From assembly GCA_051294375.1 (NCBI GenBank), contig CM119270.1, positions 3,960,301-4,024,300 on the forward strand: a stretch of 64,000 bases of DNA, read 5' to 3'. The stretch's first letter is position 1. Every line of letters begins with the position of its first letter. Shown here piece after piece: positions 40,201 through 52,830 of this stretch. Position numbers and translations under genes: made by a program. The DNA comes from Paraspadella gotoi (Eukaryota; Animalia; Chaetognatha). The notes beneath the pieces are model-generated. The model saw only the letters and a program-made list of their open reading frames with translations. It had not been told where the DNA came from and ran no database searches.

Positions 40201-41080
40201 AGCGCCTTAATTCCACACATAAAAACATCTATGAATAAACAAAGACTTGATAAGAAGTAGAGTCTTGAAGAAAAGCTTTGACTCAAGGAAATTCCGTCGC
40301 TATGAAGTTATTATCTGTGAGGTACATGTGTGATGGAAGGCCGTAAACCACAAAAGTGTAAGGAACAAGAGATGCTTATTTATAGAACGAATGGATACTT
40401 TTCTAATAATTTGGCTCTGTACCAAATTTCCATGAACAAAATTGAAATTAAATTTAACCCCTAGACGCGACAAACTTGGGGCTGAGACACAACGGATTAT
40501 GTTTTAAGGCACGTACAACTGCTCATCATGTTTCATAATCAGAATCCTTATCATTTTAGATAGGCTATTTAATAATAAAAAAAAATGGTTCATATTTTTT
40601 GTCCATTTTGACTTTTGTCTTGAGAATTTATGAACGGCCAAAGATCGTTTGAGAAAATTTCGTTTACCTTGGCTTTCCGGGTCCTTTTTGCACTCCGCAG
40701 AGTGCCGGGTCTCACATGTTGCCGTGTGGTCACTCTATATGTATATGCACTACGACATATTAGAAGTCGAACGTGGCATAAGATTTGCAACGCGACATAG
40801 ATTGGGTCACCATCTGTGGTATATGATAAATAGGAGTAATAAAGCTGAATGTAATTTGGTCAAGCTCGATGTAATGATCTGGTCAACTGGCACTAAATTC
40901 GGTCGAACTGGATATAAGACTAGTACCATATTGGGTGCAACCGGCATAAATTGGGTGCAAGCTGGCATAATTTGGTTAATTGGCCTAATTTGGTCAGCTG
41001 AAAGCCAGTAATTAAAGTCAACATGGCATAATTTGGCAAACGGCAGAGCATTCCGAGATTTGGTCAAAAATCTTGCCAGT
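37230..41080 (+). repeat. Block B, copy 3 (partial, very noisy, carries two extra insertions)
   Basis: Insertion-rich version of ~29890-31540. Anchors such as AGAAAAGACGGAGAAGCCAAG and CGCGAACCAGGTGAGAA are retained. Noise rises toward the 25-N gap at 37205. Confidence 0.85.
39282..40217 (+). mobile_element. TRIM-like miniature non-coding LTR element
   Basis: Two noisy direct repeats (39282-39698, 39865-40217) with TG..CA ends. PBS-like TGTGTCGAAACCGAG at 39701, purine-rich GGGAGGAGCA just before repeat 2, internal part only ~165 bp. Absent from block B copies 1 and 2. Confidence 0.65.
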
Positions 41081-41896
41081 AAAAATTATATCCAGCTTAT
41101 TCTCAGTGTGGATTCTCATACGGCGCACAGCATAAAATTTCATATTCAATTTGTAATCTATGACAAATTTTTAATAGAATATAATAACCAATTAGTTCAG
41201 TAAATATAAGTAAAAAAAAGCTTCAAACGTAAAATAATGACTTATGTTTTTTTACCAATTTAAAAACTCATTTCATTACGCGCCGTTAATTTACACCTGC
41301 TAACAATTACTTTGAATTATATATCTGATCCGAAAATGTTTCTGCTTTTTCAGGCGTTCTTTCTTGTACTCTCACGCAACCGATCCCAACAACCACTACC
41401 GACCGACGCACCTGACTCGCTCGGCGGGGACGACAATAACTTCCGATAGAGCAATTGAATTGACTATGATTTGATGTGATTAAATAGATGATAAAGTTTA
41501 CATTGGATAAATAAAATTGATTTGAATGAAATAATTCACAGATGACTAGTCAAACTCGTTCTCATTCCACAATCATGAGTAATTGGGCGTTGAAACATCA
41601 GGTGATAAATAATCATTTTCTTTGGTTTTTTCATTCGGCATTAACTCTTTTCGTACTCGCGCGGACGAATCTCTGTGCCCTGCATCAAGCACGCGAACAA
41701 TTCCACTGTTGGGCTAATTTATTTGTAGTTCTTCAAAATTTGTTCATAATGTTGAAAATTCCTAATCAGAAATGCACTCAGGACACCTTTTTCGTTCGAG
41801 GGGTGACGGTCAATAAAATAAGAGAAAATAAACAAAACAAAACAGAAGCGAAGTTCTGGTGTGGAAGAAGCGAGAGAATTATCAATAGGGGGAGAG

Positions 41897-41938
<42 letters not shown>

Positions 41939-42257
41939 AGAGAGAGAGTGAGAGATACGAGAGAGACGACGCAGAGATAATAAAGAAAACCTGCGACGAG
42001 AGAGAATACAAAAACTGAGACACGATAATGTGATCTGAAGAAAAGAAAAAGATAGGAAATTTCGTATGCGACGGGCAAACAAAAAAAAAAAAAAAAAAAA
42101 AAAACAAGAAGAGAAGAGAAGAGAAACGGCTTGTGGCCGTCTTGTTTGGATGCTGATTTTAGATTAAAAATAACTCCAAAGGAAAGGAGAAGAGACAGAG
42201 ACGAGAGAGAGAGCAGAGAGAAGAAGAGATGCAGAGATGAGAGAGAGAGAGAGAGAG

Positions 42258-42297
<40 letters not shown>

Positions 42298-43349
42298 TGA
42301 TGACCTTCGGATGCGGGGTCGAGTTTGACTCTCAGTGGGTTGCGTCTTGTGATTAAGTGGGTGGGACTTCCTGCCGCGGCTTTTATTGGCTGGGGCTAGA
42401 CCGGCTGGTGATGTAGTGGATAGGGCTGGTTGTGGCAGGTAATGAAGAGGTAATGTGATGGGGTTGGATGCTGGAGAATCTTCAGTCTTTAATTTATTTA
42501 GAGGAAAGAGTTTATGCATATTGGTTGTCGTGATGATTGTGATAATGTGGTTGTGACTGTTGTGATTATTCACAAAAAAAGTTCGAAGCGCTCCATTGGT
42601 GGTTTTTAAACGTTAAAGTTGTTATGATGTCCGATGTTTTGGCCAAAGATACGCAACAGGATTTGATGAGGGATTTTGTTGCCGTTTTGTTTTCCTGAGA
42701 ATAAACACTGCTCTGCAGCGTCGACGGCGGGAAAGGGGGCAAAAGCGGTTGCTGCAGCGACCCTGGTCTTTGGCAGCGGCGGCGGCGGCGGCGGCGGAGA
42801 AAGCAAAATCGTATTGGGGGTCTGAAGGGTACCTCAGGCAGGGTTCGACTGCGGCGGCAGCGTTGGCAGCCTAACTGGGTCGGGAGTGTTGTTATCGTCG
42901 GTAGTCGGCAGAGTCGGCAGCCCCGGCAGCGTCGGTAGCACCTGCAGCATCAGCAGCCCTGGCAGCATCGGCAGCGTCGGCAGCGTCGGCAGCGCCAGCG
43001 TCTCGGCGCCACGGGTCAAGCTATGGGCGACGCCCGGCGACGCGTTATTGCGTCTCGGGTGAAAAATCTTCTTCGCCTCTAAATCTGCGAATTTCCTTTT
43101 TTTTTTTTGCCATCCAATGGCGCCAAGAATTAGATTAAAGGCCAACTGGCAAATTATGCCATCTGTTCCTCCGCCATTTCCATCTATGCCATCGCTCCTT
43201 AAATTTGGCACAAAATGGCTTTCCACTATGGAATGACCGAAACGATACTTGTAATGTGCGAGACAGACAGACAGGCGGACAGACATGCAATGGATGGTAT
43301 TGAATTGTGAACTAGTTGCCGTCCAGATTCTAGATTTGGAAATGTGAAA

Positions 43350-43440
43350 GTGGCGAGTGGCGAGTGGCGAGTGGCGAGTGGCGAGTGGCGAGTGGCGAGT
43401 GGCGAGTGGCGAGTGGCGAGTGGCGAGTGGCGAGTGGCGA
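43350..43440. repeat. (GTGGCGA)13 heptamer microsatellite
   Basis: Perfect array. Noisy copies at 11980-12072 and 33258-33350 (inverted). Confidence 0.95.
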
Positions 43441-43610
43441 CGCTTGACTGAAAAATGAAAGAAAAGAAAAACAAACGTCAGTTCTGAAATTGTTTTTTTC
43501 GTTGTTGTTTTTATTTTTGTTGTTTTTGTTTTGTTTTTGTTTTTGGTAAGGTTTTTGTTGTTGTAGCGTCTTTCTTCAATTATATCGAGCGGGACAAAAT
43601 TACTTTCTTT

Positions 43611-43805
43611 AAAACATGTAATTGCAAAATTATTTCTCGGTTAAAGCTTTTATTCTAAAATACCACTATTAAGCTGTAAAACATGTAATTGCAAAATTAT
43701 TTCTCGGTTAAAGCTTTTATTCTAAAATACCACTATTAAGCTGTAAAACATGTAATTGCAAAATTATTTCTCGGTTAAAGCTTTTATTCTAAAATACCAC
43801 TATTA
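43611..43805. repeat. 67-bp tandem repeat, about three copies
   Basis: Identical units starting AAAACATGTAATTGCAAAATTATTTCTCGG at 43611, 43678 and 43745. Also at 12243-12442 and 32850-33050. Confidence 0.93.
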
Positions 43806-44145
43806 GGCCGTAACGGGAAAAGCTGCTTCCTTTACTTGACTTTTTAATTAAAATATTTTGTGAGATTCGTCGGGTTTTTGAATGAAGTAAAACAAAAAAA
43901 AAAGTTAATTTGGAGAATTTAATTTGAATGAATTAATCTCTGATTTTCCTAATAATAAAAAACAAAATAATTTTTTTAACTTTATCAATAAACTGTTAAG
44001 ATTTATCAACGGAACCGAACACGAAGTCATGAGCCAAACATTCTTAGTCCGAGCCCTCATGATAAAACTCTCTCCCCAAACACTTTTACACCTTCAACGA
44101 CTCAAACCATAAACAACTCCTTTCTCAGAAGTCTGGCGCAGCGTG

Positions 44146-44255
<110 letters not shown>

Positions 44256-46436
44256 CCTTGCCTCTCTTTCCAGTCAAGTAACTTCCTTCGCTTTTAGCAA
44301 AACATCAGTCACTCCTAAATCTCGCAAAGCAACGAAGGTCCTAATTATTTTCCGACTGAATCTTTGCCCCCTTAAAAAAAATCCGAACCAGTGGCCCCGC
44401 CCTTAAAAGCCTGAAAAATTTAACCTTTGGAAATTTTGAATCGCACTGTGAGTTACAAATTTTAAGCCCGTTCTTTAATTATTTAATTACCTAATTTTTT
44501 ATCTATTTATTTTTTTTTATTCTTTTATTTATTTATTCTTTTATTTTCCTTCATTTTTTTATTTAATTATTCTTTTATTGGATTTATATTATTTTTGTTT
44601 CTCAGTTTCATTATATAAAAAATAAAACGGTTAAAAGGTATCACATTTATACCGAGAAAATCGTTTAAAAATTAAAATGATATGATGATCGAGAGATTCT
44701 TGACTCAACTTTGATTTTTGGTGATAAGAGAGAATTTTAATCGAATTAGAAGTGAGAGGGGCAGAGAGAGAGAGAGAGAGAGAGACGAGGACCTCGAGAC
44801 GAGACCGCGGAGAGGAGGAGAGAGATGAGATCGAAATCCGGGAGTCTGGAGTCAACAAAAAACAACAAGAAATGAAAACAAAATCGAAATGAAATAAAAA
44901 TAAATTAAAAAAATAAACATAAATAAATAAAAAAAAGCTAAAAATTCTTAATGACTGAAGAAGTATGAATTCAATACTCAGTATTCAATGTACTCATTAT
45001 TCAAAGTATTTCAAAATTTTATATAAAATCTAATGAATTTTACCCATTTTCGATTATTTTAGTCCAAATATTTTGAGCCTCAAATCGACCACGAAAAAAA
45101 AAAAAAAATTCTAAATTTGGAAAAGAATCGTGCTGAGAGACTCGGACTGGAAACAGAAGCCCCTTCCACTCCCCACTATTCCTTCCACAACCCCTTCCAT
45201 ATCCCGTCCTTAGCTCTAACTCGCAAACCTACACGAGCGGCTCAACCGCACTCCTCCCCCCCATGCCTCCCCCCAAGACTAATTAAAAGATCCTTTGATG
45301 TTTCTTTATTTTCTTTGCCTCCTCTTTTCCCGTTTATTGTTTTAAAGGGAACGAACCCACACGGGGGGAAAAAAAGGACACACATGAGAGAAGAAGATAA
45401 TGAAAAGAAGGAAAGAGAGAGAGGGAGAGAGAAATGAGAAATGTACGGAGAGAAAGAGAGAGCAAGAACCAAAGGTCGCCCAGGTGCGGATTCGTGGCCA
45501 TCGGAGGTCGGTTGTTCTTTTCTTGCAGTCCATTGCGCGCTCGATGCGTTCTGGCTGCCAGAAGCCATTGATGGCGGCGGAGGCGATGAACTGACGTGCC
45601 AACGGTCGGGAAACAAGGGGGAGGGCAAGAGGGGGAGAGAGAGAGAGAGAGATTGTCGCCAAGGGATGCCGGCTTTGATCAATGGCGTAGCATGATGAAA
45701 CCTGAAACCTATTGTTTGTTCTGATTAGATTCTCGGCGCTAGAATCGAGAGGCAGGGAGGAAAGGGAGGAAAGGGAGAAAAGGGAGGAAAGGGAGGCAGG
45801 GAGGAAAGGGAGGAAAGGGAGAGAAGGAAATGAAAAGAAAGGAAGGAAAGGGAGACTTCTCTCTATTAGAAAAGAAGGAAAGCAAGAAAAGACAGTGAAT
45901 GAGAGATGAATGAGCGAAAAAAAAGGAAAAAANNNNNNNNNNNNNNNNNNNNNNNNNAAAAAAACAATTGAAAATAGGGAAAGTGTAGAAGAGGAGGGGA
46001 AGGCGGATACAAAGGCACGTTGATTACCCGGGTCGAGAAAAAGGAAAGAGAAGAGAGGAGAGAAGAGAGAGAGAGAGGAGAGAGAGACGAGAGAGAGAGA
46101 GAAAGTAGATGAAGAATTTATGGATGAACGTCTCCCCATAGAGGCTGTGAGAGCACGCAAAAAAGTGCCGACGCCCGTTTTCTCTTCTAGGAAGTCAAAA
46201 GGGTCAGATGCGGGTAAAGTGAGGGCAGAGGGCAGAGGGGCATAGGTGGGGAGAGGGCCAAAGGGGCTGGGGCAGGGGGGGAGAGCGGAGTAAAACAGAC
46301 GCAGGGTTTGGGCCATCAAATGAAGAAGGCGAAGGAGAATGTGGGCACGAGAAAGGAATGTGGAGGGCGGATGACGCGGTGCGGATCGTCTGGCGCGGAA
46401 GAGAAGACGTCCAAGGGTGGAAAGTGATGGAGGTGG

Positions 46437-47141
46437 CAATAAGGCGTAGTTGAAAGTTACGTACGAAAATTCTAAAGGTCAATTATGAACAAGCATACCG
46501 ATCAGTGAACTTAATTTGTAGAGAGAGAAAGAATAATTTTATGTTTGTTTGAATTGTTTCGCAGTAGGCTATATTATATATGAGTGCGTGATCCGTGTAT
46601 AAAAAGTGCATAAAAGAATTTCAGAAATAGGCGTTTTCGTTAGTGTTTGATTGCCAGATGTTGAATTGCGCTTCGTCAAAAGTTGATATAAGAAAATGGA
46701 TAGAATTATTTTTAAAAATTCTTTCATTAAGTTGGGTTAAAAATTAGCAAAAACGTTATGTTAATGAGTATGAAAGAGTTAGAGTTGTCAGCGCTGTAAG
46801 GAATATAGGGCTTTGTTTCTAATTGTTTGAGCCACTTAATGGAAGGAGAATTTTAAGAAAGAGTTATATTTCTTTTTTATCAACGTTTTTATGAGGATCC
46901 AAATCTGCAAAAAAGAAGATCTTTAGAAAAAACTGTTTTGAAATTTTTAAGCATTGTATTGATTAGTGATAGTTAGTAAATGGATGGCCGTACTGCGGTT
47001 AGAATTGTTAAGAATTTATTAGTAGATTTTGTTTTGTATACATAAATGTTCAGTTGAGTATGAATGTTGTGTCGTTGCCTCACTTAGAATGTTTAGATGT
47101 AAAGTTAGAGATTTTAGAAATTTTATACGCGCTGGTAGGTG
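46437..47141. mobile_element. Same MITE family, copy 2 at a different site
   Basis: Starts CAATAAGGCGTAGTTGAAAG and its body is colinear with 35506-36149. Empty site at ~15125 in block C copy 1. Confidence 0.72.
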
Positions 47142-49126
47142 GTGCAAGTGGCAGAGTTGGCTAGTGGCCCAAGGTGAAGAGTGGTAGGAGGGTGGCAAGT
47201 GGCAAGGTAAGAGTGGCAGAGGTGGAAAGGTGGCAAAGGGTGAAGTGTTGGCAGAGGTGGCCAGTGGGCTGAGGCCCGAGAGTGACAGAGGCGGGGTGCA
47301 GAGGTAGAAGAAGGTGAAGGTGGCAATGGGTGACAAGTGGCAAAGGTGAAGGTGGCATGAGTCGGCGGTTGGGGTAAAGTGAAGATGGCGAAAGAGGGCG
47401 GGTGGCAAAGTGGCCAAGGCTAAACGACCATTGCGCCCAGCGGTCTCCGTGTTTTGCCCGCGTCGACCGACCGACCGACCGACCGACGGACCGGACCGAC
47501 CGACGACCGACCCATCCATTCCGGATTCTTACACCCATTTCGTCGTTCGTCGTCGTCGTCGTCGTCGGTCGGACGTCGTCGTGTTGCATGCGTCGTCGTC
47601 GTCGTCGTGCGTTCGATGATTCTCCCTTTGGTTATTGCGTTGGTAACTCAATTTTGTGGGCTTAAGCGATGTGTTAGTCTTACGTGCCATTTGTTATCGG
47701 GTTAAAATCGATTTTTAGTCCATGCGTCGTCGGGTCATGCGTCTTCTTCTTCGGTCGTCATTCGTTGTCGGCCGATCGTCTTCGTCGGTCTGTGTCGGTT
47801 GTCGTTGTCGTCGTCGTGCGTCGTCGCATCGGTCATGCGTCGATCGGTCGTCGTCATCTTCCTCGTCATCGTCTTAATTTGTCGTCATCATCGTCGTCGT
47901 TGTTCATCGTTCTTAATCGTCGTCGGTTGTCATCGTCTTAATCGTCTTCATCATCGTCTTCGTTCGTCATCAGTCCTCATCTCCTGCCCCTTCGCAATCG
48001 TCCTCATTTGAGATCTTCAAGAAATTTAAGATGAATTTTTGAAGCAAAAGAAGAAAAATCGAAGCCAGAAAAAGATTTCCCGCCAAACGAGGGAATTCTT
48101 TTCTCTTGGAGTCAAATCCTAAGACGATTGTAGGGGTCAGAGAGGAATGGAGCGCCAGCGCCTTGTTTTGACAGTTTAGTTTAGGTTTCGTTTCGGATGT
48201 TTTTTCGTTTTGTGTTTTCGAAGGCTGTTGCGGGGCAAATTGTTGTTAAATGAAGATTTTTTTGTAATATATGAAAGTGGTCTTTTGAGTGAGTTTTTAT
48301 TAGAGGTGAGACATCGGCGAGATCGGAGAAATCTTAAAATAATTTCTTGAGGGTGACGTAGTATGAAAATGTATATAAAACGTTTAATAAATAAGATGCG
48401 TGTTTTTTCCCTTATCGTGGGTCAATGAGAAAAGTTTTGCCAAAACATTTGCCCGAGAACCCAAACTTGAAGGAACCTTAAAGAATCCAAGGACCGCCGA
48501 GAAAAAAATAAAAAAAAAAAAAAAAAAAAAAAGAAAAACAAAAAAATCAAAGATCCAACTTCATTACTTGGTGACTACAAGACCCCAAAAACTCGATGGA
48601 GTCCAAGACCGCCGAGGCTGCGGAGAAACGAGAGGGGTCTGGAGGTCAGCGTCGACGAAGTAAGCGTGAAACGGACTCGGCGTCGACGACGATTCTCGAT
48701 TCACGTGAGAAGTCTTTGGCGTTAATGATTGCTGTCGAGGCGACCTGAGAGTTCGGTCAGGAGTAGGGTAAGGTAAGTGTTAAATTAAGATTAGAAAACC
48801 AGGCGTCAAGGAAATTTTTGGGGTAACGATTCTAGGTTTCGCGTTGACGAAAAGCTCGAGAGCCCCGGTTTGTGAGCGTGAGAGTGGTGAGGTCATTAAA
48901 AGTCACTGCGGTGGAGGCGCCGAAGGGGAGGTAGGGAAACGGTGTTTTTGGTTGAAAAGTAATTACCCAACGACGAGTTTCGTGTCACAAAAAAAGCGGG
49001 GGCGGTGCAGGGGGGGCGGGAGGAAGTGGTCAGTGGAGTTTGGATCAAAGTTCAAGTTCCGCTTTCGGCGCCAAAGTGAGTTAGTGACTTTTTCTCCCCT
49101 TTTTTTCGAACCGGAACTGGATTTTT

Positions 49127-50543
49127 AGTTTGCTCCTCGAAGTACTCGCGTCATCAACTCTATAATGTTTATTTTCTTGTTGTCTGTCTTCGGGTGGGCT
49201 GTGTCGTGTCTTCGGGGGGCGTCGGGCGTGGGGTATGGTGGCTGTTCCAGTCGTGTTTGGGCTGTTCGCAGCGAGTAGCGTTGAAAGAGATGTGCGAGTG
49301 GTGAAAAAACCTTCAAAAATCTAAGCACTTTAACGCGCTCCTTCATAAATCCTAAAACTATAAGAATAAAATACTAATTTATTCGGATGTCATTGTGCAT
49401 GTCGATTGTAGTGTGCAATTTCAGGTATAAATTGATAGAGTTGCACTACTCCGCTTCAGCACTGTGTTCTGGTTTGTCTTTTTTTATATATGGAGTCAAT
49501 ATCCTATACAAATAAAATTTCTCAACTGGGTATTTATAAAGTTTCCGTTTTGTTGTTCCTCCCTTGTTTGCATCTTTTTCTTTCTGCTTTTTACTTCAAC
49601 ATCTAATAAATATTCTGCGCTTATCTCAATTTTTATATCTAATTTCTTCTTATTTTTAAACCCAAAAAATAATAGGCTAAGGATTATTACATGTACTTTC
49701 TGGGTGGTGGTGTCTTTTGGCGTCTGCTCTATGTTCTGTGTGATCGGCGAAGTGGGGTATAGTTTGCGTGGCCTATTTTTCTGACAACTCCACATTTTTG
49801 TTCCCCTATCTTTGTTAAAATGGAGATCGGTGCGGTACCGGAGTGGATGCCGTTTGAGGGGTCGGGAGAGATGTGTTAGGACCGCGTGTGAATCCGGGGT
49901 GGAGGACGCATGAGATGCGGGCGGAGAGACGGCGCTGGGGAGGATCTCTCTAATCTTATCCCTCAATCCTTGAGGGGTAGGGGAGGTATATATAGGGCGA
50001 TATGGGGGTAGGGGGGTGGAGGGGTGAGGGGGTAGGGTATATTATCGTGAATGCTAATCAGCAACTATTCTTGATCGCCTAACCCTAAACTATACGGGGT
50101 GGCGGTGAGGAGTGAGGAGGAGAGTGCGGGTGCTGGGCGTGGCGGGGTGCGTCTTCGTCGTCATCATCGTCATCTCCTCCCCTTCGCAATCGTCCTCATT
50201 TGAGATCTTCCAAGAAATTAAGATGAATTTTTGAAGCAAAAGAGAAAAATCGAAGCCAGAAAAGATTTTTCCCGCCAAACGAGGGAATCTCTTTCCTTTG
50301 GAGGTCAAATCTAAACGATTTGGGGTCAGAGAGGAAATGGGAGCGCCAGGCGCCTTGTTTGACAGTTTAGTTTAGTTTCGTTTCGGATGTTTTTTTGTTT
50401 TGTGTTTCGAGGCTGTTCGGGGCAAATTGTTTAAATGAAGATTTTTTTTAATATATGAAAGTTGTCTTTTATGAGTTTTTATTAATGTGAGACATCGGCG
50501 AATCGAGAAATCTTAAAATATATTTCTTGTAGGTACGTATATG
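49127..50543 (+). repeat. Redundant fragments: noisy copy of 58128-58970, then clean copy of 15830-16230
   Basis: Anchors ATCTCTCTAATCTTATCCCTCAATCCTT (49944 and 58865) and AATCGAAGCCAGAAAAGATTTTTCCCGCC (50248 and 15930). Confidence 0.85.
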
Positions 50544-51364
50544 NNNNNNNNNNNNNNNNNNNNNNNNNTATTCCTTTTTTTTTTTTTCTATTCTTTCTTT
50601 CCTTTCTATTCTTTTTTTCCTTTCTATTCTTTCTTTCCTTTCAATTCGTTTCCTTTCCTTCTATTCTTTCTTTCCTTTCTACATTCTTTCTTTCCTTTCT
50701 TTTCTTTCTTTCCTTTCTATTCTTTTTTCTTTCTATTCTTTCTTTTTTTTTCATTTTCTTTCTTTTTTTCTTTTCCTTTCTTTCCTTATAATTCCTTTAT
50801 CTTTCTTTTCAAGTATTACTAAATTATTCTAACTCATATCAATTTCCACATTTCTATATTCTTCTTTTTCTTCATATTACCACTATAAACTTTCTTTTTT
50901 TATTCTTTCTTTCACTTTCTATTCCGACACTCTTTCCTTCAATTCTTTCTTATCCTTTCTATGTGCCTTCCTTCTTTCTTTTTTCCTTTCCTTTCCTTCT
51001 ATCTTTCTTTCCTTTCTATTTCTTTCTTTCCTTTCTATTCTTATACTTTTTTTCTTTTCTTTCTATTCCTTTCTATTCTTTCTTTTCCTTTCTTTCTTTT
51101 CCTTCTATCTTTCTTTCCTTTCTATTTCTTTCTTTCTTTCTATCACATCCACTTTTCTTTTTAATTCTTTCTTTCCTTTCTATCAGAAGGTCTATGTATA
51201 CCAATTTATTAATTCAAGAATTTCTTTCTTTCACATTTCTATTAATCCTTTCTTCCTATCTTATTGTCTTTAGTTTGCGCTTTCTTTTTCTTGTCTATTC
51301 TTTCGTTTCTTTCTATTCTTTTATTTCTTCTTCCTTTCTTTTCTTGTTTCGTGTTCATGTTTTG

Positions 51365-51750
51365 TTTGCGTGACCGCAGTTCGGTGACTTTTTGTCCTCT
51401 TTTCTCCATTTCGTTGTTTTTACGTGTATTTTCTGACAGATTTTTTATACCTATAATATAGTGTTATTTAAAAAGAAACTAATTCAGGTCTGTGTTCCGG
51501 ATGCGCTCTAAGGGTGTCTATTCTAGGTCTGTTTGTGCTTTTCGCTCTTCCCTAGCCATTTTCGGAGCGGTTTTTTTTCTTGTCCATAACCCCATGAAGC
51601 AGCTCAACTAACTGGCGAGTTTTGAGTATCTTTGGACATCTCCAGACGACCAGAACAGTTACCGACCTGACCTGATCCTGACACATCAGAACGGTCGACG
51701 AGAGTGACTTAGAGAGTTTAGCTTCCCGCGATGTCAAGCGGCGCAACTAA
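51365..51750 (-). mobile_element. Degenerate or noisy HINE-like copy
   Basis: GAGAGTTTAGCTTCCCGCGA..GCGGCGCAACTAAA at 51712-51750, GACC-type repeats at 51660-51700, TTGCG..CCGCAG..GTGACT at 51366-51390. Confidence 0.5.
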
Positions 51751-52106
51751 ATACTTGCACCTATATGCGGAAGGGTATAATTATTAAAATCTGCTTTGCA
51801 ATTTAAAAATGCCGACTTGTCGATTCTTTCTTACTGGTATCTGTGATGTGAGGTTTCAGGTTCCGCCATACGCTCGCTTTGTCGTGTGTCTATTTGTTTT
51901 TTTTGAGCCTTGTCTATTAGTTGAGAGTCTGAGGGGTTCTATTCTTCTTTCATTTCTATTCTTCTTCTTTTTCTTATGTTTATAATTAATTTTTTTTTTT
52001 CAATTTGATTTTTGTTTTTAGTATCAAATTTGCCAAATCCAGAGATTTTTCTTATGCGCTTTTTTTATGTTTTTTATCGACTAAAGTCTGATTTATTTCT
52101 TATTAG

Positions 52107-52830
52107 ACCCCTGGTAGTTTTAAAGAATTGAAGACTGAAGAAAATCTCAGGGAGGAATGTCCATTATAAGTGCTGATTTATAAAGAGTATCATTGACATG
52201 GAATTTCAAGGAAAGGTTTAATGAACAATTCAAATTAATATATTTTTTATATCTCAGAATTTGAAACTGAGACTATAATGTTTTTCGGATGTCAATATTT
52301 TGCGCTTCATCAAGGAAGTAGAGATCAAAGCAGAGCAAAAAGATATTTTAAAGTATGCAATTGTGGATTATTTTTCTAGTATGGAAAGTACATTGGAAAT
52401 GTAAGAATATCAATATTATTTTTTTAAATTATTTAGTTATTAAAAAAAAAGAATTTTTCAGTAACAGCAGTATTTCTGAGCGATACTCAAGGTGAGGTAC
52501 ATCCCAACTGATTGAAGGGGGTCTGGTCCAGTTTTGTAAAAAAGTAAGCAATTTTTTTTGAAATTGATAAGCGAATCTTTAACTATTTTTAATTGTTTTA
52601 AGGTATAATCTATAATAATTAAAAGATATTAATAATGAATTGGACATCTATAGGTAATAAAGAAAATAATTACATTTGTAAAGTGTAGATACATAAATTC
52701 TAACCATTATATTTTTAATAAATGCATCAGGTTATCAAAATTTGGCATGCCACAGAAAATTATTCAATCGACGAATAAAGAATTTTGTCAAAACCTGTCC
52801 AACAAATTCCTAAACTTAATTTTTCTCAAC
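52107..52830 (+). pseudogene. Multi-exon gene fragment with four short introns and in-frame stops, product unknown
   Basis: GT-AG introns at 52216-52257, 52401-52461, 52544-52602 and 52654-52730. Spliced frame IKSIIDMEFQGK/NLKLRL*CFSDVNILRFIKEVEIKAEQKDILKYAIVDYFSSMESTLE/INSSISERYSR*GTSQLIEGGLVQFCKK/..(frameshift)LKDINNELDIYR/LSKFGMPQKIIQSTNKEFCQNLSNKF. Confidence 0.6.

Noticed and set aside
45342-46439. Longest ORF (365 aa)
   Set aside because: It spans an N gap and CT-rich tracts and is not maintained in block C copy 1.
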